Shown one piece after another: positions 1-7,388 of a stretch of DNA of 64,000 nt. The number at the start of each line of letters is the position of its first letter. The stretch's first letter is position 1. Below the pieces are notes generated by a model that was not told where the DNA came from, made no database searches, and saw only the letters and a program-made list of their open reading frames with translations. This DNA is from a virus. The stretch lies in the IMG/VR virus record IMGVR_UViG_3300042446_001683; one strand, 5' to 3'. A program made the translations under genes and the position numbers.

Positions 1-45
1 CTTACTCATGGGATTCGAACGCGAAGCAAAGCGCCCAACAATGGA

Positions 46-80
46 GACCTAGGCCTGATCAGCTTAGGTCTTTCCCTTTC
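46..80 (+). terminator. probable intrinsic terminator
   Basis: GACCTAGG...CTTAGGTC stem followed by a pyrimidine tract, just upstream of a promoter. Confidence 0.5.
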
Positions 81-90
81 TTAAGGATAG

Positions 91-122
91 CTTGCTCTAT
101 CACTAATACTATCATATATTGA
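91..122 (+). promoter_or_regulatory. Bacteroidota-type promoter, variant (CTTG-N20-TATATTGA)
   Basis: same 20-nt spacing as the repeated early promoter. Confidence 0.55.
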
Positions 123-149
123 GATATAAATAAATAATTAATTAAAGTT

Positions 150-359
150 ATGCGTAAATTAAATCGTACAGCAAAATTGGCGTTCTACAATGCACGTCAA
201 AGACAAGGTGACACTGCTCGCCTAGCAGAAACAACTGGTTATTCTACCAGTCATGTTTCAAACATCATTAACGGTCGCCGTTCGGTGAACCAAGACGTAG
301 CGAACGCTATGTACTCTATGAGCCGTCGTAGAATGAAAACTATTGAATTGGTTAAGTAA
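150..359 (+). CDS. XRE/Cro-like helix-turn-helix DNA-binding protein
   Basis: ARLAETTGYSTSHVSNIINGRRSV is a typical XRE HTH pattern. Confidence 0.75.
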   Translation: MRKLNRTAKLAFYNARQRQGDTARLAETTGYSTSHVSNIINGRRSVNQDVANAMYSMSRRRMKTIELVK

Positions 360-375
360 ACCAAATTAAGTTTTT

Positions 376-420
376 GCCAATGTGTGTTTTTTAGAGATGG
401 GCCCAACGGGGCCCACCTCT
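376..420 (+). repeat. intergenic cassette copy 1: TGTGTGTTTTT plus GGGCCC-loop-GGGCCC hairpin
   Basis: near-identical modules at 1226-1274 and 3324-3374. Confidence 0.7.
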
Positions 421-463
421 GTGTCTACCTCGCGCCATGGCGAGCATATTTATAATAAATGAT

Positions 464-940
464 ATGACTCCAGAAGAGAAAAAAGTATATGATAGAGAGT
501 ATGCTAAAAAACATTATAAACGTAAGACTATAGATAAAGGATTACCACCAGTCAAATCAGGTAATTACTGGAAGGAGTATCTGAAGCAGAAACGTCAGAA
601 TGATCCTAATTTTAGATTAAAATCAAATATAGGAAATCGAATTCGAGAAGTATTTCGTAAAAATAAATCATATAAAAATAATTCTACATTAGAAATACTA
701 GGGTGCACATTAGACGAATTCAAACAACATATTGAATCCCAATTTAAGCCATGGATGACTTGGGATAACTACGGGTGCAAGGTGCCTTCAGGGCCTGATG
801 TGACTTGGGATTTAGACCACATTATACCCGTTAGTAGCGCCATTAATGAGGATGATATTAAACGCCTCAATCACTATACTAATTTTCAACCGTTGTGTTC
901 ATTCCAGAACCGATTTATAAAACGGGATAATGTTGTGTAA
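464..940 (+). CDS. HNH-type endonuclease (start likely 464, not 437)
   Basis: WDLDHIIP...LNHYTNFQPL motif; TATTTATA at 447-454 lies inside the longer ORF call. Confidence 0.7.
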   Translation: MTPEEKKVYDREYAKKHYKRKTIDKGLPPVKSGNYWKEYLKQKRQNDPNFRLKSNIGNRIREVFRKNKSYKNNSTLEILGCTLDEFKQHIESQFKPWMTWDNYGCKVPSGPDVTWDLDHIIPVSSAINEDDIKRLNHYTNFQPLCSFQNRFIKRDNVV

Positions 941-956
941 TCTCTCTATACTTAGG

Positions 957-1000
957 TTTGGCCTTTGGGTAAAGCGATGTTATATTTAGTCATAATTAAA
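957..1000 (+). promoter_or_regulatory. early promoter, Bacteroidota sigma-A type (TTTG-N20-TATATTTA), first of about 17 near-consensus copies
   Basis: TTTG at 957, 1287, 1588, 2184, 2498, 2744, 3384, 4794, 5718, 8404, 8636, 10239, 32559, 48329, 49676, 50908, 53996, each followed 20 nt later (19 at 48329) by TATATT(T/C/A)A. Confidence 0.9.
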
Positions 1001-1012
1001 AAATATAAACAT

Positions 1013-1219
1013 ATGGAAAAGAAACAAACAGCGGTTGAATGGTTAGAAGAACAAAGACTTCAAGGTGCAAACCTTGATATTGTAATAGAACAAGCCAAGC
1101 AAATGGAGAAGGAGCAGATTGAAATGGCTTACAAAGAAGGTAATCATTCGGAAATGAGAGGTGGTAAAGTCATTTTTGAAAAAATGGAATCATACTACAA
1201 CGAAACTTACGGAGGTTAA
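1013..1219 (+). CDS. small hypothetical early protein (KQTAVEWL...AKQMEKEQI type)
   Basis: ATG after promoter and A-rich leader; the upstream extension is the promoter repeat. Confidence 0.75.
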   Translation: MEKKQTAVEWLEEQRLQGANLDIVIEQAKQMEKEQIEMAYKEGNHSEMRGGKVIFEKMESYYNETYGG

Positions 1220-1225
1220 TACCCA

Positions 1226-1274
1226 GCCATGTGTGTGTTTTTACAAGTAGGGGCCCAAAGGGGCCCCATCTTGT
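1226..1274 (+). repeat. intergenic cassette copy 2
   Basis: GCCATGTGTGTGTTTTT then ACAAG..GGGGCCC AAAG GGGCCCC..CTTGT. Confidence 0.7.
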
Positions 1275-1341
1275 TGTGTACCATTGTTTGGCTTTGTGGG
1301 TAATATTTATTATATTTAGGTATAATTAAAAATATAATATT

Positions 1342-1572
1342 ATGGAAAGATTAGAAATGTTAAGAGAAATGTTTAGTAAGTGTGGGGATGGTATTTTTGT
1401 AATGAGGATGGATAATAATGATAGATTTAGAATTTGTAGGGTTGATGGGAGAGTGAATTGGGTTAAGTGTAAAAAAATATTAAATGATAATAATATAAGT
1501 TTTATAGAAGGCCATGATGGGTATGGAATGATGATGGGTAGATGTATTGATTTTGATTTTAAAGGGGTTTAA
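1342..1572 (+). CDS. hypothetical early protein
   Basis: ORF directly behind promoter at 1287. Confidence 0.7.
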   Translation: MERLEMLREMFSKCGDGIFVMRMDNNDRFRICRVDGRVNWVKCKKILNDNNISFIEGHDGYGMMMGRCIDFDFKGV

Positions 1573-1640
1573 CCCCTTACACCTTTGTTTGGCTTAGCCG
1601 AACATGGATGTTATATTTATGTATAATTAAAAACACGAAT

Positions 1641-1907
1641 ATGAAAAATTTCAGAGAAGAACAAATTAACTCAACTTCAGAGTATTGTATTAACCAATAT
1701 TGGGAGAAGGAGACAAAAGTAGATGGTGTGAACATTACTTTTCATTATTGGATGAGAAAGGAAGGATGTAAAGGTTTTACAGGTGAAGAACGAATTATGA
1801 AGGTAGTAGGAGTTAAGGATGGTAAAAAGAGAATGGTTAGAAGTGTTTGGACAATTAATTTAGGAGAAGAACATTGTATTAAGGACATTATAAATAAATT
1901 TAAATAA
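1641..1907 (+). CDS. hypothetical early protein
   Basis: ATG behind promoter at 1588. Confidence 0.7.
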   Translation: MKNFREEQINSTSEYCINQYWEKETKVDGVNITFHYWMRKEGCKGFTGEERIMKVVGVKDGKKRMVRSVWTINLGEEHCIKDIINKFK

Positions 1908-1908
1908 G

Positions 1909-2178
1909 ATGGATTACGATAAACACACAAACGAAGTATTAGAGCGTTTACAGGCGCATCAGATCCTAGAAATACTAGCCACGGCTAACAAATCGATAGA
2001 ACAAGCGCTGAAGCAAATACAGGAACTAGAACATAATTCGATGATGTTCCTAGACATGAGACCAACTAGGGAGATCATGGACGACATCAACGCCTTGCAC
2101 TTGCACCTACACTTCCTACAGTCGGCTAAAAATTTCGCCAAGAACGAGGTACAGGAAATAGGGTTTTACCTTAACTAA
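1909..2178 (+). CDS. hypothetical coiled-coil protein
   Basis: abuts the upstream gene; helical heptads. Confidence 0.6.
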   Translation: MDYDKHTNEVLERLQAHQILEILATANKSIEQALKQIQELEHNSMMFLDMRPTREIMDDINALHLHLHFLQSAKNFAKNEVQEIGFYLN

Positions 2179-2240
2179 ACATGTTTGGTTATTGGGTAAG
2201 GTGATGTTATATTCATATATAATTAAAAAACAGATATAAT

Positions 2241-2480
2241 ATGAAAATTTACCTATTGAAAATTTGGCAGTACGATTCATCAAGTTTTGACTTGAACAAT
2301 GTAACCTGTTTAGCTTTTAAATCAAGAGATTTAGCTGAAAGGGAAATGGTTAAACATAATTTTGAAATAGCAATTGAAAATGGGGATGTAGATGAAAATG
2401 AAGGGTATGACAATTGGGAAATGATTGATTATGATAGTACCTCTTATGAAATTGAGGAATTAGAGGTAATTGAGGATTAA
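2241..2480 (+). CDS. acidic hypothetical early protein
   Basis: behind promoter at 2184. Confidence 0.7.
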   Translation: MKIYLLKIWQYDSSSFDLNNVTCLAFKSRDLAEREMVKHNFEIAIENGDVDENEGYDNWEMIDYDSTSYEIEELEVIED

Positions 2481-2553
2481 ACCTCTCTTACCATTTGTTT
2501 GGCCTAACGGGACATGGATGTTATATTCAGACATAATTAAAAAACATAAACAC

Positions 2554-2736
2554 ATGAAGACATTTAAGGTAGAAGAAACAGTTTTGAAAACAGTTAAACG
2601 AGTTTATTTTGTGGATGCTGAGGATGAGGAAGCAGCAGTTCACCGAGTGATGAGTCATCAGAAGGACGTTGATGAGGAGGATGAGGTGGATGAAGAAGTA
2701 ATTGATTATGAGGTAAAGAAATACAAATTTAAATAA
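2554..2736 (+). CDS. acidic hypothetical early protein
   Basis: ATG behind promoter at 2498. Confidence 0.7.
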   Translation: MKTFKVEETVLKTVKRVYFVDAEDEEAAVHRVMSHQKDVDEEDEVDEEVIDYEVKKYKFK

Positions 2737-2798
2737 TCTTAAGTTTGGCTCTCGGAGGACAGGACATTATATTTAGATCAATAATAAAAACAGATAAC

Positions 2799-3317
2799 AT
2801 GAAGACAGTATTAGAACAATTAATGGAGTTAAAAGATAAGATTAGCGCAATCGAAATTGCAGTGTGTGGTGACACCACCTGCGAGGATGCAGCTTGTGGA
2901 TGTGGATGTGATGAATCACCTGTGGAAGTGGAAGACGAAGGTCCTGAGTTTGATAGCGCTGGTTTCAGTAAAGAGGACCGAGTTGTGGATGGCCAGTACA
3001 TGGTAACAGAGGATAATAAGTACGTGGGACATGTTCACCTTACCAGAGCAGAAATGATCGACTTCGCCACTAGATTGACAGAACGAGTACTTGATTCAGT
3101 TAAGAAAGCGGTTACCGATATGGAATTAAACGCGGATGACGTGGTTGAAATAGAGTTAAATAGCTGGAGTAAAACAATTGAGGTGGAGTTAGACAATAAT
3201 ACACTTGCTAATAATGTTAATAGTGAGATTGAGGATGCGATTAATTTGGATCCGGATTCGATAAGTGATGAGATAGATGATATTTTTGGGGACATGTACC
3301 TAGAGAGGATCAGTTAA
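2799..3317 (+). CDS. highly acidic hypothetical protein with short Cys cluster
   Basis: ATG behind promoter at 2744; CGDTTCEDAACGCGC. Confidence 0.7.
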   Translation: MKTVLEQLMELKDKISAIEIAVCGDTTCEDAACGCGCDESPVEVEDEGPEFDSAGFSKEDRVVDGQYMVTEDNKYVGHVHLTRAEMIDFATRLTERVLDSVKKAVTDMELNADDVVEIELNSWSKTIEVELDNNTLANNVNSEIEDAINLDPDSISDEIDDIFGDMYLERIS

Positions 3318-3323
3318 GTAGTT

Positions 3324-3374
3324 CATGTGTGTTTTTAATTATATAGGATGTGGGCCCCATAGGGGCCCTTTTCC
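3324..3374 (+). repeat. intergenic cassette copy 3
   Basis: CATGTGTGTTTTT then GGGCCCC ATA GGGGCCC, then GTACC and promoter. Confidence 0.7.
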
Positions 3375-3437
3375 GTACCTAGGTTTGGCCTCTGGTGAGG
3401 GTGATGTTATATTTAGTCATAATTAAATAACACGAAC

Positions 3438-3701
3438 ATGAACAAAACAGAATCAAGAAAAGCGCTTAACAAGCTAGTATTTGAAATGGTAACAGGATTA
3501 GGTTACGAGGTAGTAGATGATGGAGACGGAGGACGAGTAACGTTTATCAAACCTGATTATAAAAATTATCATGACAGTATTGAGTATCACAAATCACGTT
3601 TTGACGTTTGCGTTTTAAATGACGCTAGTGATAAAGTTAAGGAGGATGGTGAGACAATTGAGTGGTTTATTAATATACAAAGAAAAGCATTAGACATATG
3701 A
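3438..3701 (+). CDS. hypothetical early protein
   Basis: behind promoter at 3384. Confidence 0.7.
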   Translation: MNKTESRKALNKLVFEMVTGLGYEVVDDGDGGRVTFIKPDYKNYHDSIEYHKSRFDVCVLNDASDKVKEDGETIEWFINIQRKALDI

Positions 3702-3943
3702 GTAAATTTAGAGCAACACAAAACGAATACCATAACGGGTTCCATATGACATTCAAAAATGGATACACTATAAGTGTCCAATTTAGTAAAACCAATTACT
3801 CAGACGGTGGTGAGACCACAGCTGAAATTGCAGCATGGGGTCCAGATAGGAAATGGGTGAAACTGAGCGAACATGATGATGTTCGTGGATGGTGTTCACC
3901 GGACGATGTACTCGAGGTTATGAATCAAATAGCAAATAAATAA
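3698..3943 (+). CDS. conserved phage hypothetical protein (FxNGYTISV...AEIA type)
   Basis: ATGA overlap with the upstream gene; familiar phage motif. Confidence 0.7.
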   Translation: MSKFRATQNEYHNGFHMTFKNGYTISVQFSKTNYSDGGETTAEIAAWGPDRKWVKLSEHDDVRGWCSPDDVLEVMNQIANK

Positions 3944-3944
3944 A

Positions 3945-4136
3945 ATGGCAAATAACAACACATCAAACGGAATCGGATTTGGAACAGTATTATTCCTAGT
4001 GTTCCTAGTACTTAAATTAACAGGTAACATCGACTGGAGCTGGTGGTGGGTGACTAGTCCATTATGGATACCGCTAGCGCTTATAGTAGTTATAGGTGGA
4101 ATTGGAGCACTAATATTAATAAGCCGAAACAAATGA
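3945..4136 (+). CDS. small two-TM membrane protein (LKLxGxIDWSWWWV family)
   Basis: two hydrophobic helices around the WSWWWV motif. Confidence 0.75.
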   Translation: MANNNTSNGIGFGTVLFLVFLVLKLTGNIDWSWWWVTSPLWIPLALIVVIGGIGALILISRNK

Positions 4137-4681
4137 AACGCCTAGTAATACACCCGACAGACGAGTCTACAGACTTCCTAGCGCCGATATACAACCGCTT
4201 ACCAGACGTCACACTAGTGACTACAGGATGTAGCCGCCTAGATATCATGGATATGATAGACGAGCACGACCAGGTGATCATGTTAGGCCATGGAACGCCA
4301 GGTGGACTGCTGAACGTATCTGGATTCAGAACAGGTATGTACATTGTGGATTCACTGGTAGCGGAAGCGTTAGCGCACAAGGACAACAGCATATTCATCT
4401 GGTGCAACGCCGACCAGTTCGTCCATCGCTACAATCTCAAGGGCATGTACTCCGGAATGTTCATCAGTGAGGTAGCGGAAGCGTCTTACTTCAAGATACT
4501 GACCGACCAGGATACGGTAGACAGATCCAATGATACGTTCGCACAGTTGCTGGGAGAGCGATTACTGGTGTCAGACGCTCTGGAGGATATCCATGCTAGT
4601 GTGGGACAGCAGTACCAGTTGCTAGCGGAGACAAACGACATCGCCAAATACAATAGCGACAGATGGTACGTTTCCTTATAG
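4133..4681 (+). CDS. putative caspase/CHAT-fold cysteine peptidase
   Basis: VIMLGHG and IFIWCNAD give a His-Gly / Cys dyad after beta strands; ATGA overlap start. Confidence 0.5.
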   Translation: MKRLVIHPTDESTDFLAPIYNRLPDVTLVTTGCSRLDIMDMIDEHDQVIMLGHGTPGGLLNVSGFRTGMYIVDSLVAEALAHKDNSIFIWCNADQFVHRYNLKGMYSGMFISEVAEASYFKILTDQDTVDRSNDTFAQLLGERLLVSDALEDIHASVGQQYQLLAETNDIAKYNSDRWYVSL

Positions 4682-4836
4682 TAGCGCTCATGCTAGCGGG
4701 ATGTTCCCCGACGACAACAGACATATATTGGGTGAGCCAGTATGGTGAGACGGTTCCGATCGTGATAACAGATACAACACTTGTGGACACTTGTTTGGCT
4801 CCGCGCCCAGGTGATGTTATATTTAGGTATAATTAA
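4663..4836 (+). CDS. small lipoprotein (57 aa, not in ORF track)
   Basis: MVRFLIVALMLAGC signal with LAGC lipobox. Confidence 0.5.
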   Translation: MVRFLIVALMLAGCSPTTTDIYWVSQYGETVPIVITDTTLVDTCLAPRPGDVIFRYN

Positions 4837-4849
4837 AAACAGATATAAC

Positions 4850-5107
4850 ATGAAATTTAGATCAGACAATGAAGCCCCAGTTACAGCAACTGAAGTAGCA
4901 ATCGAAAACATTTTAGTAAACAACGGTTACGATGTTAGTGATATCCAATTCCGTATATTCAAAGACAACGAACGTTATTTGAGAATCGGTTACTGGCAAC
5001 GCTTAAACGAAGACATTAGAGCGCAGTTATCAGGTCTGGTAGTATCTGAGTTTGATATGTACGATGACGATTGTGGTTACTTATTCAGTTACGAAATTAA
5101 ACACTAA
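4850..5107 (+). CDS. hypothetical early protein
   Basis: ATG behind promoter at 4794. Confidence 0.7.
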   Translation: MKFRSDNEAPVTATEVAIENILVNNGYDVSDIQFRIFKDNERYLRIGYWQRLNEDIRAQLSGLVVSEFDMYDDDCGYLFSYEIKH

Positions 5108-5121
5108 TAAAACATACGAAC

Positions 5122-5301
5122 ATGAAACGATTTCAAATTAAATACACTGGTGAGACAATGGACAAGTTCCCCGAAACCAGATACTGCAACTGCCCAGCAA
5201 CAGCAGACGCATATGAGGTACTAGACTGGAATGGTGCTAGCCGAATAGTAGGTACAATTGACATGTGTGAAGCATTCGTACGCTCATATTTCCAACAATG
5301 A
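5122..5301 (+). CDS. hypothetical protein (59 aa, not in ORF track)
   Basis: MKRFQIKYTG...SYFQQ, A-rich leader. Confidence 0.55.
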   Translation: MKRFQIKYTGETMDKFPETRYCNCPATADAYEVLDWNGASRIVGTIDMCEAFVRSYFQQ

Positions 5302-5462
5302 TGACAACGATGAGCTACAACGCCGCACTAGTGATGATGGAGGTCCATCGCCAGCAAGTGCCACATGGTGAACTGTCACCTAACCTAGTGAAGACGATCG
5401 CCGATGAAATTCATGTGTCGCTGACTAGTGAAGAGGTGGTTTACATTTCTGACCACGCTTGA
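5298..5462 (+). CDS. hypothetical protein (54 aa, not in ORF track)
   Basis: ATGA overlap; MMTTMSYNAALV...ISDHA. Confidence 0.45.
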   Translation: MMTTMSYNAALVMMEVHRQQVPHGELSPNLVKTIADEIHVSLTSEEVVYISDHA

Positions 5463-5767
5463 TCCTCCTGTGTCGCGGGAGTGCGCGTGTACACGGTATG
5501 TACATATACAGTACAACGTAAGCGCTACCATGCGCGTTGATATCCATATACCCGGTAGTCCTGAAACTCCTGGGAATGGATTAACCTTCAGATCATAAAC
5601 GATCTTTACGCGCCGATTTGTATATACATATATATTACCCACAACCACACCCCAATTTCCAAACTAACTCCTTCAATCAAAAATCGCAAGAAATGAAAAA
5701 ACTCCTTTAACAAAAAGTTTGGCATCGAGTGAGTATATACGTATATTCATATATAAAATAAAAACAT

Positions 5768-6025
5768 ATGATTTCATCAAGAGCAATTAGAAAAGGCATT
5801 ACTATCAAATTTGATGGTAAGGTAGTAGACAAAGCAGTGGTAGTAGAAGCGAGTAAAACATGGGAACCTAAGCACGCAACGCTGTTCACGAAGTTGCTAA
5901 AGCAGGGTGGTAAATTCACTGCTAACGGCGTTATAGTCGAAGTAATACCACAGGAACAAATGTTAACTTCACGAGGTGAAAAAGATGGTGGCATCATCAC
6001 TTCAGATCCTTTAGCACGATTTTAA
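5768..6025 (+). CDS. hypothetical early protein
   Basis: behind promoter at 5718. Confidence 0.7.
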   Translation: MISSRAIRKGITIKFDGKVVDKAVVVEASKTWEPKHATLFTKLLKQGGKFTANGVIVEVIPQEQMLTSRGEKDGGIITSDPLARF

Positions 6026-6036
6026 ACTAAATAATT

Positions 6037-6240
6037 ATGGAAGCAAAAGAAAAAGCAGAACAGTTAGTAAACAAAATGTTCAATTGGATAGCAGGTGGAA
6101 GCGTAATAGAATATGAAATGGCTAAAGAATGCGCTTTGATAGCAGTAGATGAGATATTAAAAGTAGCGTCATTTTACAATGATTCACAAGCCGAAGTAAC
6201 TTATTGGAACGAAGTAAAACAAGAAATTGAAAATCTTTAA
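6037..6240 (+). CDS. small hypothetical protein (AKECALIAVDEIL...YWNEVKQEI type)
   Basis: motif familiar from Bacteroidota phage small proteins. Confidence 0.75.
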   Translation: MEAKEKAEQLVNKMFNWIAGGSVIEYEMAKECALIAVDEILKVASFYNDSQAEVTYWNEVKQEIENL

Positions 6241-6243
6241 ATT

Positions 6244-6417
6244 ATGGAAGGTAAGTATGTAATCATAGATCTAAGAAATATGGATTTTATGAAGGATGAA
6301 AATGGTACTATAAAATACTATGATACCGAAGAAAAAGCAAGTCTTATATGTGGTATACATGAGCTTGAGAACGCTTGGGTAATGAAATTAATTTATAATC
6401 ATATAGAAGCACAATGA
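6244..6417 (+). CDS. hypothetical protein (57 aa, not in ORF track)
   Basis: MEGKYVIID...HIEAQ; tight operon spacing. Confidence 0.6.
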   Translation: MEGKYVIIDLRNMDFMKDENGTIKYYDTEEKASLICGIHELENAWVMKLIYNHIEAQ

Positions 6418-6557
6418 TGGATCAAATAGGTTATGGTATATTGTTTGCCTTACTAGGACTAGCAATAGCGTTTATAGTATATATTGGGGTATGGATGCCT
6501 AAAGATAAAATGAAGGGCCACGCCGGTAGAGGCAAATGTAAATGTTGTAAAGATTAA
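6414..6557 (+). CDS. small membrane protein with Cys-rich tail (47 aa)
   Basis: one TM helix then KCKCCKD; ATGA overlap. Confidence 0.55.
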   Translation: MMDQIGYGILFALLGLAIAFIVYIGVWMPKDKMKGHAGRGKCKCCKD

Positions 6558-6561
6558 AAAA

Positions 6562-6772
6562 TTAGCCCCGCTCGCGAGGGGATCGTAAAACACAGTAAGC
6601 CTCTGACATAAGCTCAAGTAACTGTTCTCATCGTATAGGAGATAGAGTTAGCCTTCTCGACGTCGTTTAAAAAGGCAACTATTAGTAAACTTTAGTACCC
6701 GTACTGAGGACGTAGGGCTAAGTAAGATACAATTCCGTCCCGCAGGGAGTAGAATGCTAAAGAACTGATAGT
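6562..6772 (+). ncRNA. candidate structured non-coding RNA
   Basis: ORF-free gap with several nested complementary segments (see findings). Confidence 0.5.
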
Positions 6773-6777
6773 AATAT

Positions 6778-6883
6778 AGTCAGGTGGCGTTTTGGAAAGC
6801 GCGGCACCTTCCAGGGTTGAGATTAACAGCTAATGGCACTCAAAATGATAAAGCTGAAGCAGGTTCGATTCCTGTCCTGACTA
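6778..6883 (+). ncRNA. tRNA-like RNA with expanded, non-canonical anticodon domain
   Basis: acceptor AGTCAGG/CCTGACT, D-stem GCG/CGC, T-arm GCAGG-TTCGATT-CCTGT. Confidence 0.7.
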
Positions 6884-6897
6884 CTAAAATTAAAATT

Positions 6898-7140
6898 ATG
6901 GCAAAATTAACAATAGAATTTGACCTCGTTGAGGAAGCAGAAGGAATACACTCTGCACTATACGGATACAAGTATAGAAGTTTACTTTGGGAACTAGACC
7001 AAAAACTACGTAGTGTCCACAAATACGGAAGTGCGTTACAAGGTCAAGGTGAAGCAACATCTGAAGAAATGGATGTATGTTACCGTCTAAGAGACGTTAT
7101 TAGAGAAATGCTACAAGAAGATAACTTAACAATAGAATAA
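6898..7140 (+). CDS. hypothetical protein
   Basis: true ATG lies after the tRNA-like element. Confidence 0.7.
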   Translation: MAKLTIEFDLVEEAEGIHSALYGYKYRSLLWELDQKLRSVHKYGSALQGQGEATSEEMDVCYRLRDVIREMLQEDNLTIE

Positions 7141-7141
7141 T

Positions 7142-7312
7142 ATGATTTCAATTATTGGATGGGCCTTACTAACAGGCCTACACACTCTCAACATTCGTTT
7201 ACACAAAGATGAACAAAAAGGATTTTGGTATAAAACATCTTGGTTTTTCTTAGGTTGGTCATCACTATCACTTTTATATGCTATTGGCGATGCTATTATA
7301 GCTAGCCTATAA
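7142..7312 (+). CDS. small membrane protein (56 aa, not in ORF track)
   Basis: MISIIGWALL...AIIASL, two hydrophobic stretches. Confidence 0.5.
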   Translation: MISIIGWALLTGLHTLNIRLHKDEQKGFWYKTSWFFLGWSSLSLLYAIGDAIIASL

Positions 7313-7339
7313 ATCGTATATACGTATTAAAGTGCAATA

Positions 7340-7375
7340 AGATGGGGTCCACGCATGGACCTCTCTTACTTTTTT
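7340..7375 (+). terminator. intrinsic terminator
   Basis: GGGGTCCA-CGCA-TGGACCTC hairpin then T-rich tail. Confidence 0.6.
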
Positions 7376-7377
7376 AA

Positions 7378-7385
7378 TATTTATA
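7378..7385 (+). promoter_or_regulatory. putative late promoter TATTTATA (representative copy)
   Basis: found shortly before starts at 447, 7378, 9870, 10784, 13278, 16663, 19288, 27227, 36557, 37152, 43020, 46770, 53265, 55382, 57510, 59432; one-mismatch copies at 32543 and 39723. Confidence 0.75.
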
Positions 7386-7388
7386 ACC

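Noticed and set aside
957-4840. CRISPR-like or attC-like array from the regularly recurring repeat
   Set aside because: The repeats are degenerate promoters separated by whole genes; there is no constant repeat/spacer length and no cas or integrase gene.
965-4849. Apparent shared N-terminal peptide MLYLxIIK in ORFs 965, 1608, 2470 and 4781 (variant in 2745)
   Set aside because: It is the translation of the repeated promoter; true starts are downstream.
6562-6883. tmRNA, SRP RNA or RNase P
   Set aside because: There is no Ala-type GGGG acceptor with G3-U70, no tag ORF, and no SRP or RNase P consensus motifs.
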